64,000 nt of DNA from an uncultured bacterium (GCA_963716205.1 OY970290.1:520322-584321); one strand, 5' to 3'; positions 20,009 through 30,907 are shown, numbered from the stretch's first letter. The notes: generated by a model not told the origin, from the letters alone. Program-made: numbers and translations.

Positions 20009-22012
20009 ATGGTACAAGACAAATTCAACGGGCAACAGAGAAATTTCGGTCGAGGAAGATCTGATCGACAAAATTCCGGCGGAGGAAATTATCCGCCAAG
20101 CCGATCGTATTCGCCGATACCAGTGCGACCGACGCATTCGTATTCTTCCGAAGACGCAAAAATCTTCAACAGCGCAAATCCCGAAGAACAAAAAGACAAA
20201 AAAATTGTTTTTGTCAGAAAGAGCCAACCACATGGACACGGACACAGCAATCGCAATAAGCCCGTAGAAAGAAAAAACGCTCCGATGAGGAAAGTGACTT
20301 CAGAATTCGCCGCGCGCAAAGAGCATACCATTCCACCGATAGCGGAAGGTGTTATACGAATCATACCGCTTGGCGGAGTGGAGGAAATTGGAAAAAATAT
20401 GACTGCGATCGAATATGGGGACGATATTGTCATCATTGATGCCGGACTCCAATTCAAAACCGAGGATACGCCGGGTATCGATTACATACTTCCCAATACA
20501 AAATATCTCGAACAAAGAAAAAATAAAATACGCGGACTTATCATCACGCACGGCCACTTGGATCATATCGGTGCAATACCGTTTATCATGGAACTCATCG
20601 GCAATCCGCCGATCTACACCAGAGAATTTGCGGCGCTCTTGATCAAAAAGAGACAGAGTGAGTTTCCTCATCTGCCGGAACTCAATATTAAAATCGTCGA
20701 TGCACAAACAAGTTTTTTGCCGATCACGCAAAACATAAAAATAAGATTTTTTGGCGTCACTCATTCGATCCCGGAATCGACTGGCATCATTGTGGAAACT
20801 CCCGTCGGAGATATCGTCTCAACCGGAGATGTCAGGATCGACAATAACAACGGCATACCGACTGACGAGGAAACAGACCAATATAAAATTTTTAAAGACA
20901 GAAATGTTCTGTTGCTTCTGGTTGATTCGACCGGCATCGACAAATACGGCTGGGGAATTTCCGAGGAAGTTGTCATATCGACAATCGATAAACTCATCAA
21001 AGACGCGCCGGGAAGAGTTGTCATCGGAACGTTTGCTTCGCAAGTCGAACGCATTTTAGGATTTCTGACGATTGCTAAAAAATATGAAAAGAAAATTATT
21101 ATTGAGGGACGTTCGATGAAAAACAATGTTGAGATTATTAAATTCCTCAAACTTGCCAATACCGATAACATCATTGCTATTGAAGATATTGCCAATTATC
21201 CCTCGCACAAGATCGTCATTATCGCGACCGGTGCCCAAGGCGATGAATTCGCCGCGCTCATGAGAATGTCAAACGACTCGCACAAATATATCAAGCTGAA
21301 TAAAACCGACACGATTATTCTTTCCTCTTCAGTCATTCCAGGAAATGAAAAAGCGGTTGAAGGATTGAAAGACAATCTGTATCGCCACGACTCGCGCATC
21401 ATTACCTATGCGGACGGCGATGTGCATGCGGGAGGTCACGGCAAGCGGGACGAGCTCACGTGGCTGCACAAAAATATTCCTCACAAATTCCTTATGCCGG
21501 TACACGGCAATCATGCCCGTCTGAAAATGCATGCGGAGCTCGCGGTCGCAGGCGGCATGAAGCGAGAGGATATCATTGTGCCAGATGACGGCTCGATCGT
21601 CGAAATCACTGACAATGGAACAAAAATAGGCATGAGAAAAGAAAAAGCTCCGTCGGGGATCGTCATGGTTGACGGATTTTCAGTCGGTGATGTGCAGGAG
21701 GTTGTCATTCGAGACCGCCAAATGCTCGCACAGGACGGCATGTTTGTCATCGTCGCTTCCATCGATGTGAATACAGGCAAATTGAGAAAATCACCGGACC
21801 TCATCTCGCGCGGATTCGTTTATCTGAAAGAATCGCAGGACCTTTTGAAGCAAACGAGATTCATCATCAAAAAAACAGTCGAGGAAGGAGCCATCGGCAA
21901 TCCGATTAATTTCGATATGCTGAAAGATGCTATCACAGACAATGTCGCGCGATATCTGTTTCAGGAAACCGCAAAAAAACCGATGGTCATCCCTGTCGTC
22001 ATCGGAGTGTAA
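20009..22012 (+). CDS. rnj: Ribonuclease J
   Basis: IIPLGGVEEIGKNM, THGHLDHIG, HSIP, TGAQG, PVHG; ~110-aa disordered N-terminal extension. Confidence 0.93.
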   Translation: MVQDKFNGQQRNFGRGRSDRQNSGGGNYPPSRSYSPIPVRPTHSYSSEDAKIFNSANPEEQKDKKIVFVRKSQPHGHGHSNRNKPVERKNAPMRKVTSEFAARKEHTIPPIAEGVIRIIPLGGVEEIGKNMTAIEYGDDIVIIDAGLQFKTEDTPGIDYILPNTKYLEQRKNKIRGLIITHGHLDHIGAIPFIMELIGNPPIYTREFAALLIKKRQSEFPHLPELNIKIVDAQTSFLPITQNIKIRFFGVTHSIPESTGIIVETPVGDIVSTGDVRIDNNNGIPTDEETDQYKIFKDRNVLLLLVDSTGIDKYGWGISEEVVISTIDKLIKDAPGRVVIGTFASQVERILGFLTIAKKYEKKIIIEGRSMKNNVEIIKFLKLANTDNIIAIEDIANYPSHKIVIIATGAQGDEFAALMRMSNDSHKYIKLNKTDTIILSSSVIPGNEKAVEGLKDNLYRHDSRIITYADGDVHAGGHGKRDELTWLHKNIPHKFLMPVHGNHARLKMHAELAVAGGMKREDIIVPDDGSIVEITDNGTKIGMRKEKAPSGIVMVDGFSVGDVQEVVIRDRQMLAQDGMFVIVASIDVNTGKLRKSPDLISRGFVYLKESQDLLKQTRFIIKKTVEEGAIGNPINFDMLKDAITDNVARYLFQETAKKPMVIPVVIGV

Positions 22013-22014
22013 TT

Positions 22015-23184
22015 TTATTTCGTATCTATGATAGCCACGCTGTAGCGCAAACCAAAAAGCATCAGGAATCCGAGTGCGAAGAAAATATATTGTATTTTGA
22101 AATACCAGAGAAATACGATGGCAACAAGCGGCGCAACACCATATGCAACGAGTGACATCAGGCGATACATGGTGATGATGTCGACATTCTTCTCGCCGAT
22201 TTTTTTGAAAAAATAGGTGTCAGACATGACTTGCACAAGCGCTGCGCCAATTCTTGTCATGCACAAAAGTATCGCCCAGATCAAAAAACTTTTGCCGCCG
22301 ACAAGCGGGATCAATGCGCATGATATTGCCATGATGACAAATCCGATCGAAAGCATTTCCTTTTCGCCGTATTTTTTATCAGCAAGCTCCCCCGCCGGCA
22401 CTTGGATAAAGACAAACGGCACCAGCATAATCGTGAACATGGCGCCGATCGTCACCCAGCTGAAACCGATATATTTGTTCAAATACAACGGCGTATAAAT
22501 GACCATCCACGCAAAGAAAAAATTCAACAGAAACGACGAGGCAAAAATGGACCGGATATCTTTATTCGCCCGCACATCGCGAACAGTCGCAAGAAATTTC
22601 AGATTGGAATATTCCGGATCTTTGAATCCTTTCAGATTATATGAAACGAGCAGCGTTGTCGGGATCATAACCGCAGTCGCCGCCAAAAATACTTTCCAAT
22701 ATGAAGAAGTGCCGATTAAAAGTCCTGAAAGCCACGGCGAAAAGAGATAGGCAATGTTGATCGCGGTCAAATAAAAACTTCTGATCCTTCCGGTGTCAAA
22801 ATTAAACGAATTATGTTCGATAAAAACATCGAGACATAAGCTGATGAGTGTCGTCGTAATGTAGCTCACAATAAAGCATAAAATAATGACATACGCATTT
22901 TTTGAAAAAGTGATGCCCAAAAGAGCAAAAAATGTCAGGATGCAAAGATATAGCGTCAGCTTATAATTGCCGTATTTCCGGAACAATTGCGGCATAAATA
23001 CAAAAACGATAATCGTCGCGATCGCACAAAATACGTAAATGATTCCGGTCGCCTGCTCGCTCGTAAGCCCTGCAAGAAATGTCGAGCTGATGTAGTTCGG
23101 CAGAGACGAAGAAAAAGTAAAAACAAAACTCAATACGTAGAGGACGAAAAGTGCCGGCGCGGTAAAACGAAATATTTTTTTCAT
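22015..23184 (-). CDS. MFS transporter
   Basis: About 12 TMs, G.LADKKYG motif. Confidence 0.85.
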   Translation of the reverse strand: MKKIFRFTAPALFVLYVLSFVFTFSSSLPNYISSTFLAGLTSEQATGIIYVFCAIATIIVFVFMPQLFRKYGNYKLTLYLCILTFFALLGITFSKNAYVIILCFIVSYITTTLISLCLDVFIEHNSFNFDTGRIRSFYLTAINIAYLFSPWLSGLLIGTSSYWKVFLAATAVMIPTTLLVSYNLKGFKDPEYSNLKFLATVRDVRANKDIRSIFASSFLLNFFFAWMVIYTPLYLNKYIGFSWVTIGAMFTIMLVPFVFIQVPAGELADKKYGEKEMLSIGFVIMAISCALIPLVGGKSFLIWAILLCMTRIGAALVQVMSDTYFFKKIGEKNVDIITMYRLMSLVAYGVAPLVAIVFLWYFKIQYIFFALGFLMLFGLRYSVAIIDTK

Positions 23185-23190
23185 ACGATA

Positions 23191-23637
23191 TTATTTCAAA
23201 ATAACCTGAATGAATTTTTCCTGATTAAGCTGTCGATTTCCGCTCGGGTTGTCATTTTTGAGCATGATCAATCCGCGGTCAGTCGTCGTGGCTTTCGGAT
23301 AAACAAGTGTCGCCGAAAAATCAATGATACTTGTCGTCGCCCAGTCTCCTGGTGTTTGCGCGGTTGTCGTCGCAATGACATCGCCGTTCGAATCAAAAAG
23401 CTCAACGGGAAACGAACCTTCGAAAAACCAATTGCCGGAAACTTTCCCGCTTATCCGTATCGGGCTCGTCACCGTTTCTCCGTCAATCGGAGAAAAAATA
23501 TCGGGTGTATCGGAAGCCACTGTATTTTGATCCGTCATCGGAATACGCGCGTCATTTTTGCCCCAGTCAAAAATAAATGTGCAAGCGGCGAGCGCCACTA
23601 TCAGCACGACAAGAATAAAAACGATGATTTTTTTCAT
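23191..23637 (-). CDS. Gmad2 immunoglobulin-like domain exported protein
   Basis: SP..I.GK..G.WFFEGSFPV.L.D...DNPSG. Confidence 0.8.
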   Translation of the reverse strand: MKKIIVFILVVLIVALAACTFIFDWGKNDARIPMTDQNTVASDTPDIFSPIDGETVTSPIRISGKVSGNWFFEGSFPVELFDSNGDVIATTTAQTPGDWATTSIIDFSATLVYPKATTTDRGLIMLKNDNPSGNRQLNQEKFIQVILK

Positions 23638-23641
23638 GTAT

Positions 23642-24058
23642 TTATTGCGGCAAGGCGCAGCCGGTCGATGAAGCAAGCAATTTCATTGTCGCATCGCCAT
23701 CAAAACCGACATCAATGATCGTTGAGGAACCGAGAATCCATGTTGGATATCCTTGTACTCCTTTGTCAATGCAAAGCTGCGTGTTGTTCGGACATTCAAC
23801 ATATTTTACATACTGGAACGAATTGCCGAACGTTGCCTTTAATGCCTGGCAATGCGGACACCATGACGCGCCATACATTACCGCGCCGGCATTTGTCAGA
23901 CACTCTGCAAACGCATCATATGTGCTTGAAGCATTTGAATATGAAACCGTACCTGCACTTTTTGTATTGACGAGTGCGAATATGATGACTGCCGCCGCAA
24001 TAACGACCGCCGCGCCCATGATTATTTTATTCTGCCTGCTGATTTCATTTTTTTCCAT
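23642..24058 (-). CDS. Membrane-anchored thioredoxin-fold protein
   Basis: N-terminal TM, MYGASWCPHC, YVEC, GYPTW. Confidence 0.85.
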   Translation of the reverse strand: MEKNEISRQNKIIMGAAVVIAAAVIIFALVNTKSAGTVSYSNASSTYDAFAECLTNAGAVMYGASWCPHCQALKATFGNSFQYVKYVECPNNTQLCIDKGVQGYPTWILGSSTIIDVGFDGDATMKLLASSTGCALPQ

Positions 24059-24077
24059 ATATTTTTTATTATTATAA

Positions 24078-24575
24078 TTATTCCTTGCAACAATCGATAA
24101 GCCTGCTCATGATATCTTTCATATTCATCGGCTGATTTTCATCTATTTTTTTAATATTGGAAACATTGATGATTTTTAATCTAAGGGCAAAAAACATGTT
24201 GAACATTTTATACGCTTCTTCAAACATTTCCTTCGCTTCGTCTTTCTTGTCGCTTGCCTCCAGCTTCGTGCCGACTTCAAAAAGCCGCATTGAAGTCGCA
24301 AGCAGATGTTTGGATATGCACCAGCTTTCTCCTTCTGTTTTCTCTATCATTTTTGCCAAAAGTTTCGTTCGCACCGATCGAACTTCAAGAAGCAAATCGA
24401 AATATTCCGGCTTGTCCGTCTTTGCGCCAGTAAAGAAAAAATGCTCCTCGAGACTGACGAGATTCATGATTGCAATGGCGAGATCTTCCTCGGTCGACAG
24501 ATCAAAATTTCTGCCTTTTTTCAGTTCTTCGATTTTCTTCAGAACTTCCTCATAATGTAAATTATTCTCCTGCAT
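24078..24575 (-). CDS. Hypothetical helical protein with EEH, CISKH and C-terminal CC motifs
   Basis: Clean ORF tightly packed between ccdA and the thioredoxin gene. Confidence 0.7.
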   Translation of the reverse strand: MQENNLHYEEVLKKIEELKKGRNFDLSTEEDLAIAIMNLVSLEEHFFFTGAKTDKPEYFDLLLEVRSVRTKLLAKMIEKTEGESWCISKHLLATSMRLFEVGTKLEASDKKDEAKEMFEEAYKMFNMFFALRLKIINVSNIKKIDENQPMNMKDIMSRLIDCCKE

Positions 24576-24579
24576 ATTT

Positions 24580-25365
24580 TTATTGTATCACAAAAATCAG
24601 CAAGCCCAAAAGGATCATGATGAGCGCAAGCCAGATCCTCGCTTTTTTGGTTTCCGCTTTGCGAATTGTGTCCATCGTGTTGAGAACTTTTTTGTTTGAG
24701 GCGATGAGAAGCGCAATGAAAAGCGGAAGAACAAATACAAGATTATAAAATATCAGATACGCCAGTCCCGTCCAAAATTGATGCTGATCATGCAGAAGTC
24801 CGAGAACAAATAAATACGGTCCGCCCGTGCACGGGAATTCAAAAAGTCCGACAACAACGCCGAGCACGAATGTCGCCGGCAAAGTGGCTTTTTCCATCAA
24901 AGTCGCAATCCTTCCGTAGGCAAAATCGGGGATTTTTAATTTAATTGGAAAGTTCGGCACGAATTCATTGATCAGATTGATAACGCCGAAAAGAATGATG
25001 CATGTCGCGCCGACTTTAGACATCAGATCCGGAATATTGAAAATGGAAAGCACGCGCAAGATGCCAAGACCGATGAGCACATAGGTGGCAAAAATTCCGA
25101 AGACATATGAAAGCCCCGCTTGGAATATTTTCGTCCGAGATCTGCCGATACTGAAAAGAAATGCGACTGTCAGAAATAAAACCGAAAAAGCGCACGGATT
25201 GACGCTATCTACAAGTGCCGCGATCGCAATAAGTGCCGGCAGCCATCCTTTGTAGGTGCGGATATCCGGTGCATGAAAATGAAAAACTCCGGAATACAAA
25301 AGTATCAAAAATCCGAAAATGACCACAAACAGGCTTACTGCGATTATTTTATTCTTGTCCGCCAT
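24580..25365 (-). CDS. CcdA/DsbD-type transmembrane electron transporter
   Basis: DSVNPCAF and EFPCTGGPY paired Cys motifs, 6-7 TMs. Confidence 0.85.
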   Translation of the reverse strand: MADKNKIIAVSLFVVIFGFLILLYSGVFHFHAPDIRTYKGWLPALIAIAALVDSVNPCAFSVLFLTVAFLFSIGRSRTKIFQAGLSYVFGIFATYVLIGLGILRVLSIFNIPDLMSKVGATCIILFGVINLINEFVPNFPIKLKIPDFAYGRIATLMEKATLPATFVLGVVVGLFEFPCTGGPYLFVLGLLHDQHQFWTGLAYLIFYNLVFVLPLFIALLIASNKKVLNTMDTIRKAETKKARIWLALIMILLGLLIFVIQ

Positions 25366-25387
25366 GGAGCGATTATATCATACGGAT

Positions 25388-26308
25388 TTATTTTTCATGC
25401 ACCGCATGGCCGCCGAAATGTTTCCGCAAAAGTGCGACGAGTTTATTGGAAAATTTATTCTGATTTTTCGGATCGGCGGATTCTGCGCGGACATTGACCG
25501 CATCAGCAATTATCCTCGCATCCACACCAAGCTCTTTTGCAATTTTTACCGTCCACTCGCCCTCTCCGGTCGAATCGATTTTCCCCGAAGTGTTTTTGAT
25601 ATCTTCATTCTTAAAAATATCGGCGCACAAATCAACAAGCCAGCTGCGCACGACAGAACCTTTCTGATATATGCGCGTTACATCGGAAAGATTCAAGACA
25701 AACGGACTTGCATCGAGAACGGCGTATCCTTCGGCAATCGCTTCCATCATGCCGTATTCAATGCCGTTGTGAACCATTTTGGTGAAATGCCCCGCGCCGG
25801 ATTTCCCCAGATACGCATAATTGTCGCCGGATGAAAGTGATTTTATAATCGGTTCAATACTATCCCATTTTTCTTTTGGTCCGCCGACCATTAAAGCAAA
25901 ACCGTTTTTTTCTCCCCAAATACCGCCTGATGTGCCGCAGTCAAAAAAATCCACGCCGATTTTTGCCAATTTTTCCGCCCGTTCCATACTGTTTTTGTAA
26001 AAAGAATTTCCGCCGTCAATGACAATGTCTTCTTTTTTCAAATGTCCGCCAAGATGCTCCGGACTAAAAATAAATTCATCGACGATTTCCGCCGGAAGCA
26101 TAATCCAGAAAATTCTCGGTTCTCCATTTATCTTTTCCACCGCTTCTTTTATCTCCGTCGTCGCAAAAATTCCCGTTTTTTTTATTTCAGTGACTGCTTC
26201 AACAGAACGATTCCAGCCGATGACATCAAAACCGCCCGCATGTAATCGTCTTGCAATCTGGCTTCCCATTTTTCCAAGTCCGAACACTGTGATTGGCTGT
26301 TTTTTCAT
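25388..26308 (-). CDS. gnd: 6-phosphogluconate dehydrogenase, decarboxylating (short form)
   Basis: GLGKMG, IDGGNS, DCGTSGG, KMVHNGIEYG, FGGH; TAATG overlap with zwf. Confidence 0.93.
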   Translation of the reverse strand: MKKQPITVFGLGKMGSQIARRLHAGGFDVIGWNRSVEAVTEIKKTGIFATTEIKEAVEKINGEPRIFWIMLPAEIVDEFIFSPEHLGGHLKKEDIVIDGGNSFYKNSMERAEKLAKIGVDFFDCGTSGGIWGEKNGFALMVGGPKEKWDSIEPIIKSLSSGDNYAYLGKSGAGHFTKMVHNGIEYGMMEAIAEGYAVLDASPFVLNLSDVTRIYQKGSVVRSWLVDLCADIFKNEDIKNTSGKIDSTGEGEWTVKIAKELGVDARIIADAVNVRAESADPKNQNKFSNKLVALLRKHFGGHAVHEK

Positions 26309-27690
26309 TATGATTTCCAAAAAATATTATTTTTTTGCGACCATGCCTCAAATTCTTTCGGGCCATTGCCGCCGACTGAATATGAAAACACCGGCAATTT
26401 TTCCCGCTTCACCGCATCGACGATTTTCCACGAATATTCCATCTCATCTTTACCGATAAAAAACGACTGCTCACCCCGGAGCGCTTCATCGATGAGGACG
26501 ACATAGGCATCCATATTGTGCGGACCATATGCGTCATGATTATAATCAAGATCGATTGTCTGTATTTCGTAATTGCCGGTCTGTGCTTTCGAATTTATTT
26601 CAAATGCGAATCCTTCGTTCGGCTCGACGCGGATCGTCAGATAATTGTTGTCGGACGGGCATGTTTTGGAAAGCAAACATTCCACTCCTTTGAATCTGAT
26701 GTGCGCAATGGTCTGCTTTTTCGCCAAATTTTTCCCTGCGCGGATGAAAAACGGCACGCCTTTCCATCGCGAATTATTTATTTCAAGCTTTGCCGCAAAA
26801 AATGTGTCGGTTTTTGAATCCGGCTTTACAAACTGCTCGTTTGTATATTCTTCATATTGCCCGAAAATACTATCGGTGATTTTCGTCATTTTCAAAACAT
26901 CGGCTTTCTTTTCTCTGATATGCTCGCCTGTCAGCCGATCCGGCGACTCCATGGCGAGAAGCGCGAGTATTTGCAAAGCGTGACTTTGCATCATATCTTT
27001 CATCGCGCCGTAGCTGTCGTAATATTTTCCGCGCCCTTTGATGCCAAAATTCTCATCGAGAATGATCTGCACCGAGTCCACATCGCGGCGGCTCCAGAGT
27101 GGCTCGAGAATTCTATTGGTAAAACGCAAAAGAGCTATATTTGCCACGAGCTCTTTGCCGAGATAATGATCCGCTCGGTAAATATTTTTCTCGTCAAAAA
27201 TTGTGCCGATGCATGCATTGATCTTTTTCGCGGAAGTCAAATTATGTCCGAACGGCTTTTCATAAATGACTCTTTGGATTTTCCCCGCACCGCCGACAAG
27301 CCCGACTTTTGAGAGATTGCGCGTAATGGATTCGAAATTCTCCGGAAGTGTCGCGAGATAAAATAATCTATTGCCGGATAAAACATTTTTTGTTTCTATT
27401 TCATCGATTTTGCTTTTCAAATTTACATAATCTTCCGGCATACCGAAATTGACTTTGCAATACATGAAAGAATTTTTCAGAATATTCCAGATGTTTTCAT
27501 CAATCTCTGTAATATTTTTCTTCACTTCATCGAGAATCATATTTGCATCTCGTTCGCTTGATGCCGTGCCGATCAATGAAAATTTCCCTATCTTTTTCGA
27601 TTTGATGAGTTCATATATTGCCGGAATAAGCTTGAGCTTCGCCAAGTCCCCCGTCACGCCGAGTATTACGATGGTGCAATTTTCGTTCAT
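26308..27690 (-). CDS. zwf: Glucose-6-phosphate 1-dehydrogenase
   Basis: GVTGDLA, EKPFG, YRADHYLGKE, RWKGVPF. Confidence 0.93.
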   Translation of the reverse strand: MNENCTIVILGVTGDLAKLKLIPAIYELIKSKKIGKFSLIGTASSERDANMILDEVKKNITEIDENIWNILKNSFMYCKVNFGMPEDYVNLKSKIDEIETKNVLSGNRLFYLATLPENFESITRNLSKVGLVGGAGKIQRVIYEKPFGHNLTSAKKINACIGTIFDEKNIYRADHYLGKELVANIALLRFTNRILEPLWSRRDVDSVQIILDENFGIKGRGKYYDSYGAMKDMMQSHALQILALLAMESPDRLTGEHIREKKADVLKMTKITDSIFGQYEEYTNEQFVKPDSKTDTFFAAKLEINNSRWKGVPFFIRAGKNLAKKQTIAHIRFKGVECLLSKTCPSDNNYLTIRVEPNEGFAFEINSKAQTGNYEIQTIDLDYNHDAYGPHNMDAYVVLIDEALRGEQSFFIGKDEMEYSWKIVDAVKREKLPVFSYSVGGNGPKEFEAWSQKNNIFWKS

Positions 27691-27694
27691 ATCT

Positions 27695-28582
27695 CTATTC
27701 TACTATGACACTTAACTTCTCACCAAAGATTTTTGATGCTTCTTCAATATATCGCTCAATATTTTCCTTGAAATACGGCGGGTTGGCTTTTTGGATCTGC
27801 CCGATGACATAATACCCGACTGCCAAAAGCGTGCCGTAGCTGAAGCCTTCCGGCAATTCAATATGCAATCTGTTTTTACCGAATATTTCATCGTGATATC
27901 CAAGACCGATGAATAATTCCGCATCTGACGGTTCCACCGTCTTTGCATGCTTGGTCTCATCCGGCGTGAATACTCGGCCGAGCAGGTTCGGACCGAAGAG
28001 CTCGTCAAACTTGGTCAGGAAAAATTCACGAATATCTTCAAACTCATCGGAAATAAGAATGAAAAATGCTTTGTATTTTGAAAGATCATTCGGAATCGTA
28101 TTTTTTATTTTTTCTATCGCGCCCATTATCATTTTTGGATCTTCGCCTGTTTTGCCAAGAATCATGCCGAGATATGTCGAGGTGTTGTAAGTATATGGCT
28201 CCGGATTTTTGGCAAAAACATGGACCTCGTCAACTATTTTTCCAGCTGCGGAATTTTCTGTATTCGTCAAAAGGACTGTTTTAATTCCTCTTTTCTTTAA
28301 TTCAGCCGCAATGATCGGTGCGTGCTTGCCGCCGGAAGCGGAAATCAAAATAGCTCCGTCAATTGCCTTAATTGAGTCCAATTTCTGCACATAATTGCTC
28401 TCATCGGCAAAGACAGCGTCAGTGTCTTCAAAAATAATTTTTCCCGTTACTGCTGCATTACCGCTCCCCACCACGATTGGCCGCGCGAAGCTCGGCAATT
28501 CCAATTTTGGAATACCTTTTTCAATAAAAAGATTGAGCGCATTGAGAACGCATTCATCGAGGTTGATAAGTTCTTCTTTCAT
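27695..28582 (-). CDS. SIS-domain sugar-phosphate isomerase-like protein
   Basis: VVGSGNA, LISASG, LLTN pattern; sits next to zwf. Confidence 0.6.
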   Translation of the reverse strand: MKEELINLDECVLNALNLFIEKGIPKLELPSFARPIVVGSGNAAVTGKIIFEDTDAVFADESNYVQKLDSIKAIDGAILISASGGKHAPIIAAELKKRGIKTVLLTNTENSAAGKIVDEVHVFAKNPEPYTYNTSTYLGMILGKTGEDPKMIMGAIEKIKNTIPNDLSKYKAFFILISDEFEDIREFFLTKFDELFGPNLLGRVFTPDETKHAKTVEPSDAELFIGLGYHDEIFGKNRLHIELPEGFSYGTLLAVGYYVIGQIQKANPPYFKENIERYIEEASKIFGEKLSVIVE

Positions 28583-28600
28583 AATTTTATTTTATCATAA

Positions 28601-30124
28601 TTACATAAACCCTGGGAAGAAGTCAGTTTTGATATGGGATTTGTGAACACCAATCTTTTTCAATTCGATATCTGCGGTTACAACCATATCTCGCGTGCCG
28701 GAAATATAAAAATGTCTGTCGTGGAAATCCGGAATCGTTTTTGCAATCATCTCCCCCATTATTCTGCCGTTTGCATAATTCTGATTTGATGCCTGATTGT
28801 CCCGCGTCAAAAAATAAATCGTCTTCAATCCGATTTTTGTCCGAGCATCTTCAAAAATATCTTTGTAGGCAATGTCGGCAAGGGTCAGATTGGAATACAG
28901 AAATACAATATCCCTTTTTTCGCCAATATCAATCAGATATTTGATCATGCTTCGAAACGGCGTCACGCCGATGCCCCCGGCAATGAAAACTAGTTTCTCT
29001 TTTCTATTTCTCGGCATAGTAAAATCTCCAGCAAGCCCGCTCGCGACAATCGTATCTCCTTTCTGAAAATCGAGAATTTCTTTTTTGAACGTGCTTCCGT
29101 TCTCATAAAATTTCACACCGAGATGAATTTCATTTTCCGTCGGCGAGGATGCAATCGTGAAATATCGGCGATTGCCGCGACTGTCAGTATTTTCATGTCC
29201 GAGCGTCCATTCCAAATATTGCCCGGGAACAAATGAGACCTTTTTATCGGCCGCAAAAACAAAATCATAAATATTCGAGGTCAGCTGTATTTTTTCTTTG
29301 AGCGTCAATATTGATTTTACTTTCGGACTGACAAGGTAGGAAAAAATATTGCCGAGGATCAAAGCGATCTCCGGCGTCATGTAAATATTTCCAAAGTGAA
29401 TGAACGGCGCAAAAAAAATCCCGATCAAAATTCCGTACATGATCCGCAAGCTTCTCGTCGGCGGAGTGGTGAGCGGCTCGGTGAGCATTACTGTTGCAAA
29501 AAAGAAAACTGGTGTATCAAGGGCAATTCTTACCAGATAACTTGGAATGGCAAAAAGATTCGTCACCTGCACCGACAAAATAACAATTATTGCAACTGCC
29601 AGAAAAGATAAAACCAAATCTTCCCGCATGGTCTTTCTGGTAATCAAAAATCCGGCAACAAGCACGAACGGCAACATAATAGCGGTGCCGATCCACCAGC
29701 TCGCGGTAAAATTAAAAAGAAATGCCGTCGCAACAACAGCAATTGCTGCGGGATTAAATACATGTTTTTTGCCGATTGCAAAAATATATTTTGATGCACT
29801 GGCAATTGATGACGCCCAAAATGCAAACCAAATGAAATTCACATCTGCCGGCGATTTGAGCGGTGTGATGATAAGCGCAAGGATCAAAGCGGTGATATAA
29901 ACCGACTCAACATTCGTCTGTGCATTGAACACTTTTGCAAAAATCGCATTGCTGACAATGGAAACTGCAAGAATAAACAATGTGCTGACAACAAGTGCAA
30001 ACGGCGTGAACGGCAAAGAGCCAAAAAAACTGATGCAAAACGCCACGAAAAGAAGCGCAATCAAAGAATAAAGTACTATTCGATACATCGTAATCCTGTT
30101 CAAAAAATTGTCGATATATTTCAT
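28601..30124 (-). CDS. RnfD/NqrB-like membrane domain fused to an FNR-type FAD/NAD(P)H oxidoreductase
   Basis: SKY...KHVFNPAA, MLTEPLTTP; PGQY, RYFTIASSP, GDFT, IAGGIGVTPFRSM, YISG. Confidence 0.88.
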   Translation of the reverse strand: MKYIDNFLNRITMYRIVLYSLIALLFVAFCISFFGSLPFTPFALVVSTLFILAVSIVSNAIFAKVFNAQTNVESVYITALILALIITPLKSPADVNFIWFAFWASSIASASKYIFAIGKKHVFNPAAIAVVATAFLFNFTASWWIGTAIMLPFVLVAGFLITRKTMREDLVLSFLAVAIIVILSVQVTNLFAIPSYLVRIALDTPVFFFATVMLTEPLTTPPTRSLRIMYGILIGIFFAPFIHFGNIYMTPEIALILGNIFSYLVSPKVKSILTLKEKIQLTSNIYDFVFAADKKVSFVPGQYLEWTLGHENTDSRGNRRYFTIASSPTENEIHLGVKFYENGSTFKKEILDFQKGDTIVASGLAGDFTMPRNRKEKLVFIAGGIGVTPFRSMIKYLIDIGEKRDIVFLYSNLTLADIAYKDIFEDARTKIGLKTIYFLTRDNQASNQNYANGRIMGEMIAKTIPDFHDRHFYISGTRDMVVTADIELKKIGVHKSHIKTDFFPGFM

Positions 30125-30125
30125 A

Positions 30126-30884
30126 TTATTCCTTTAAATATTTTTCAAATCCGCTCGTGAATGTCGCAATGCCTTGTGCATCAATCATATATCCTTCCAA
30201 GCCGTCGATATTTTCGATAAAGCTGATCCCCTTTTTGCCCATGGCGAATGCCGGCGTGGCAAAACGATCCGCTTCGTAAATATTTGAACCAATGACCGTC
30301 AGGCTTACAATGTCGGTGATCGGCTTATTTTCGGCATCGTGCGGATTGTAAATATGCTGACCGCGCAGATACGTGCCTGATGTTGCAATACCTTCGCTGT
30401 GCGCGAGGTAGACGACTTTGACGATTTTCTGCTGCGTCTTATCAAACGGATCTTTGATGCCGACCGACCACGCTTTTCCTTTTTCATTTTTGCCGGCAAC
30501 TTGGATATCGCTTCCGGCATTGACGTAATAATTTTTGAAGCCCGCTTTTTTCAAAAGAAGTCCGGCATGATAAATCGCCCATCCTTTGACAAGCCCCGAC
30601 GTATCATATTTCCCGTCGGGTTTTTTGATATTGAAATATCCGTTCGTCAACCGCCGCAATTCCTCCGAAAGATAGAAAACTTCCTTCATCTCGGAACTAA
30701 ATTCTTTTTCCCTGACTTCGCCGGTATTGATGCGCGAAAGCTCGCTTGTTTTTTTATACGGACTGAACCTTTCATCAATGGATGTGAAATATGTAAAAAT
30801 TTTATTAAGATCAGACGAAGCCGCCAGTGGATCAATGACATCGATAGTAATTGGCATACCCATGATACTTCTGGTTTCTTTCAT
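30126..30884 (-). CDS. apbE: FAD:protein FMN transferase
   Basis: MG..I, FSPY...SEL, D.SGLVKGWA, NAG.DI, ATSG.Y.RG.HI.NP, AD.FAT. Confidence 0.9.
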   Translation of the reverse strand: MKETRSIMGMPITIDVIDPLAASSDLNKIFTYFTSIDERFSPYKKTSELSRINTGEVREKEFSSEMKEVFYLSEELRRLTNGYFNIKKPDGKYDTSGLVKGWAIYHAGLLLKKAGFKNYYVNAGSDIQVAGKNEKGKAWSVGIKDPFDKTQQKIVKVVYLAHSEGIATSGTYLRGQHIYNPHDAENKPITDIVSLTVIGSNIYEADRFATPAFAMGKKGISFIENIDGLEGYMIDAQGIATFTSGFEKYLKE

Positions 30885-30907
30885 AAAAATGATTGGAATA
30901 AAAGAAA

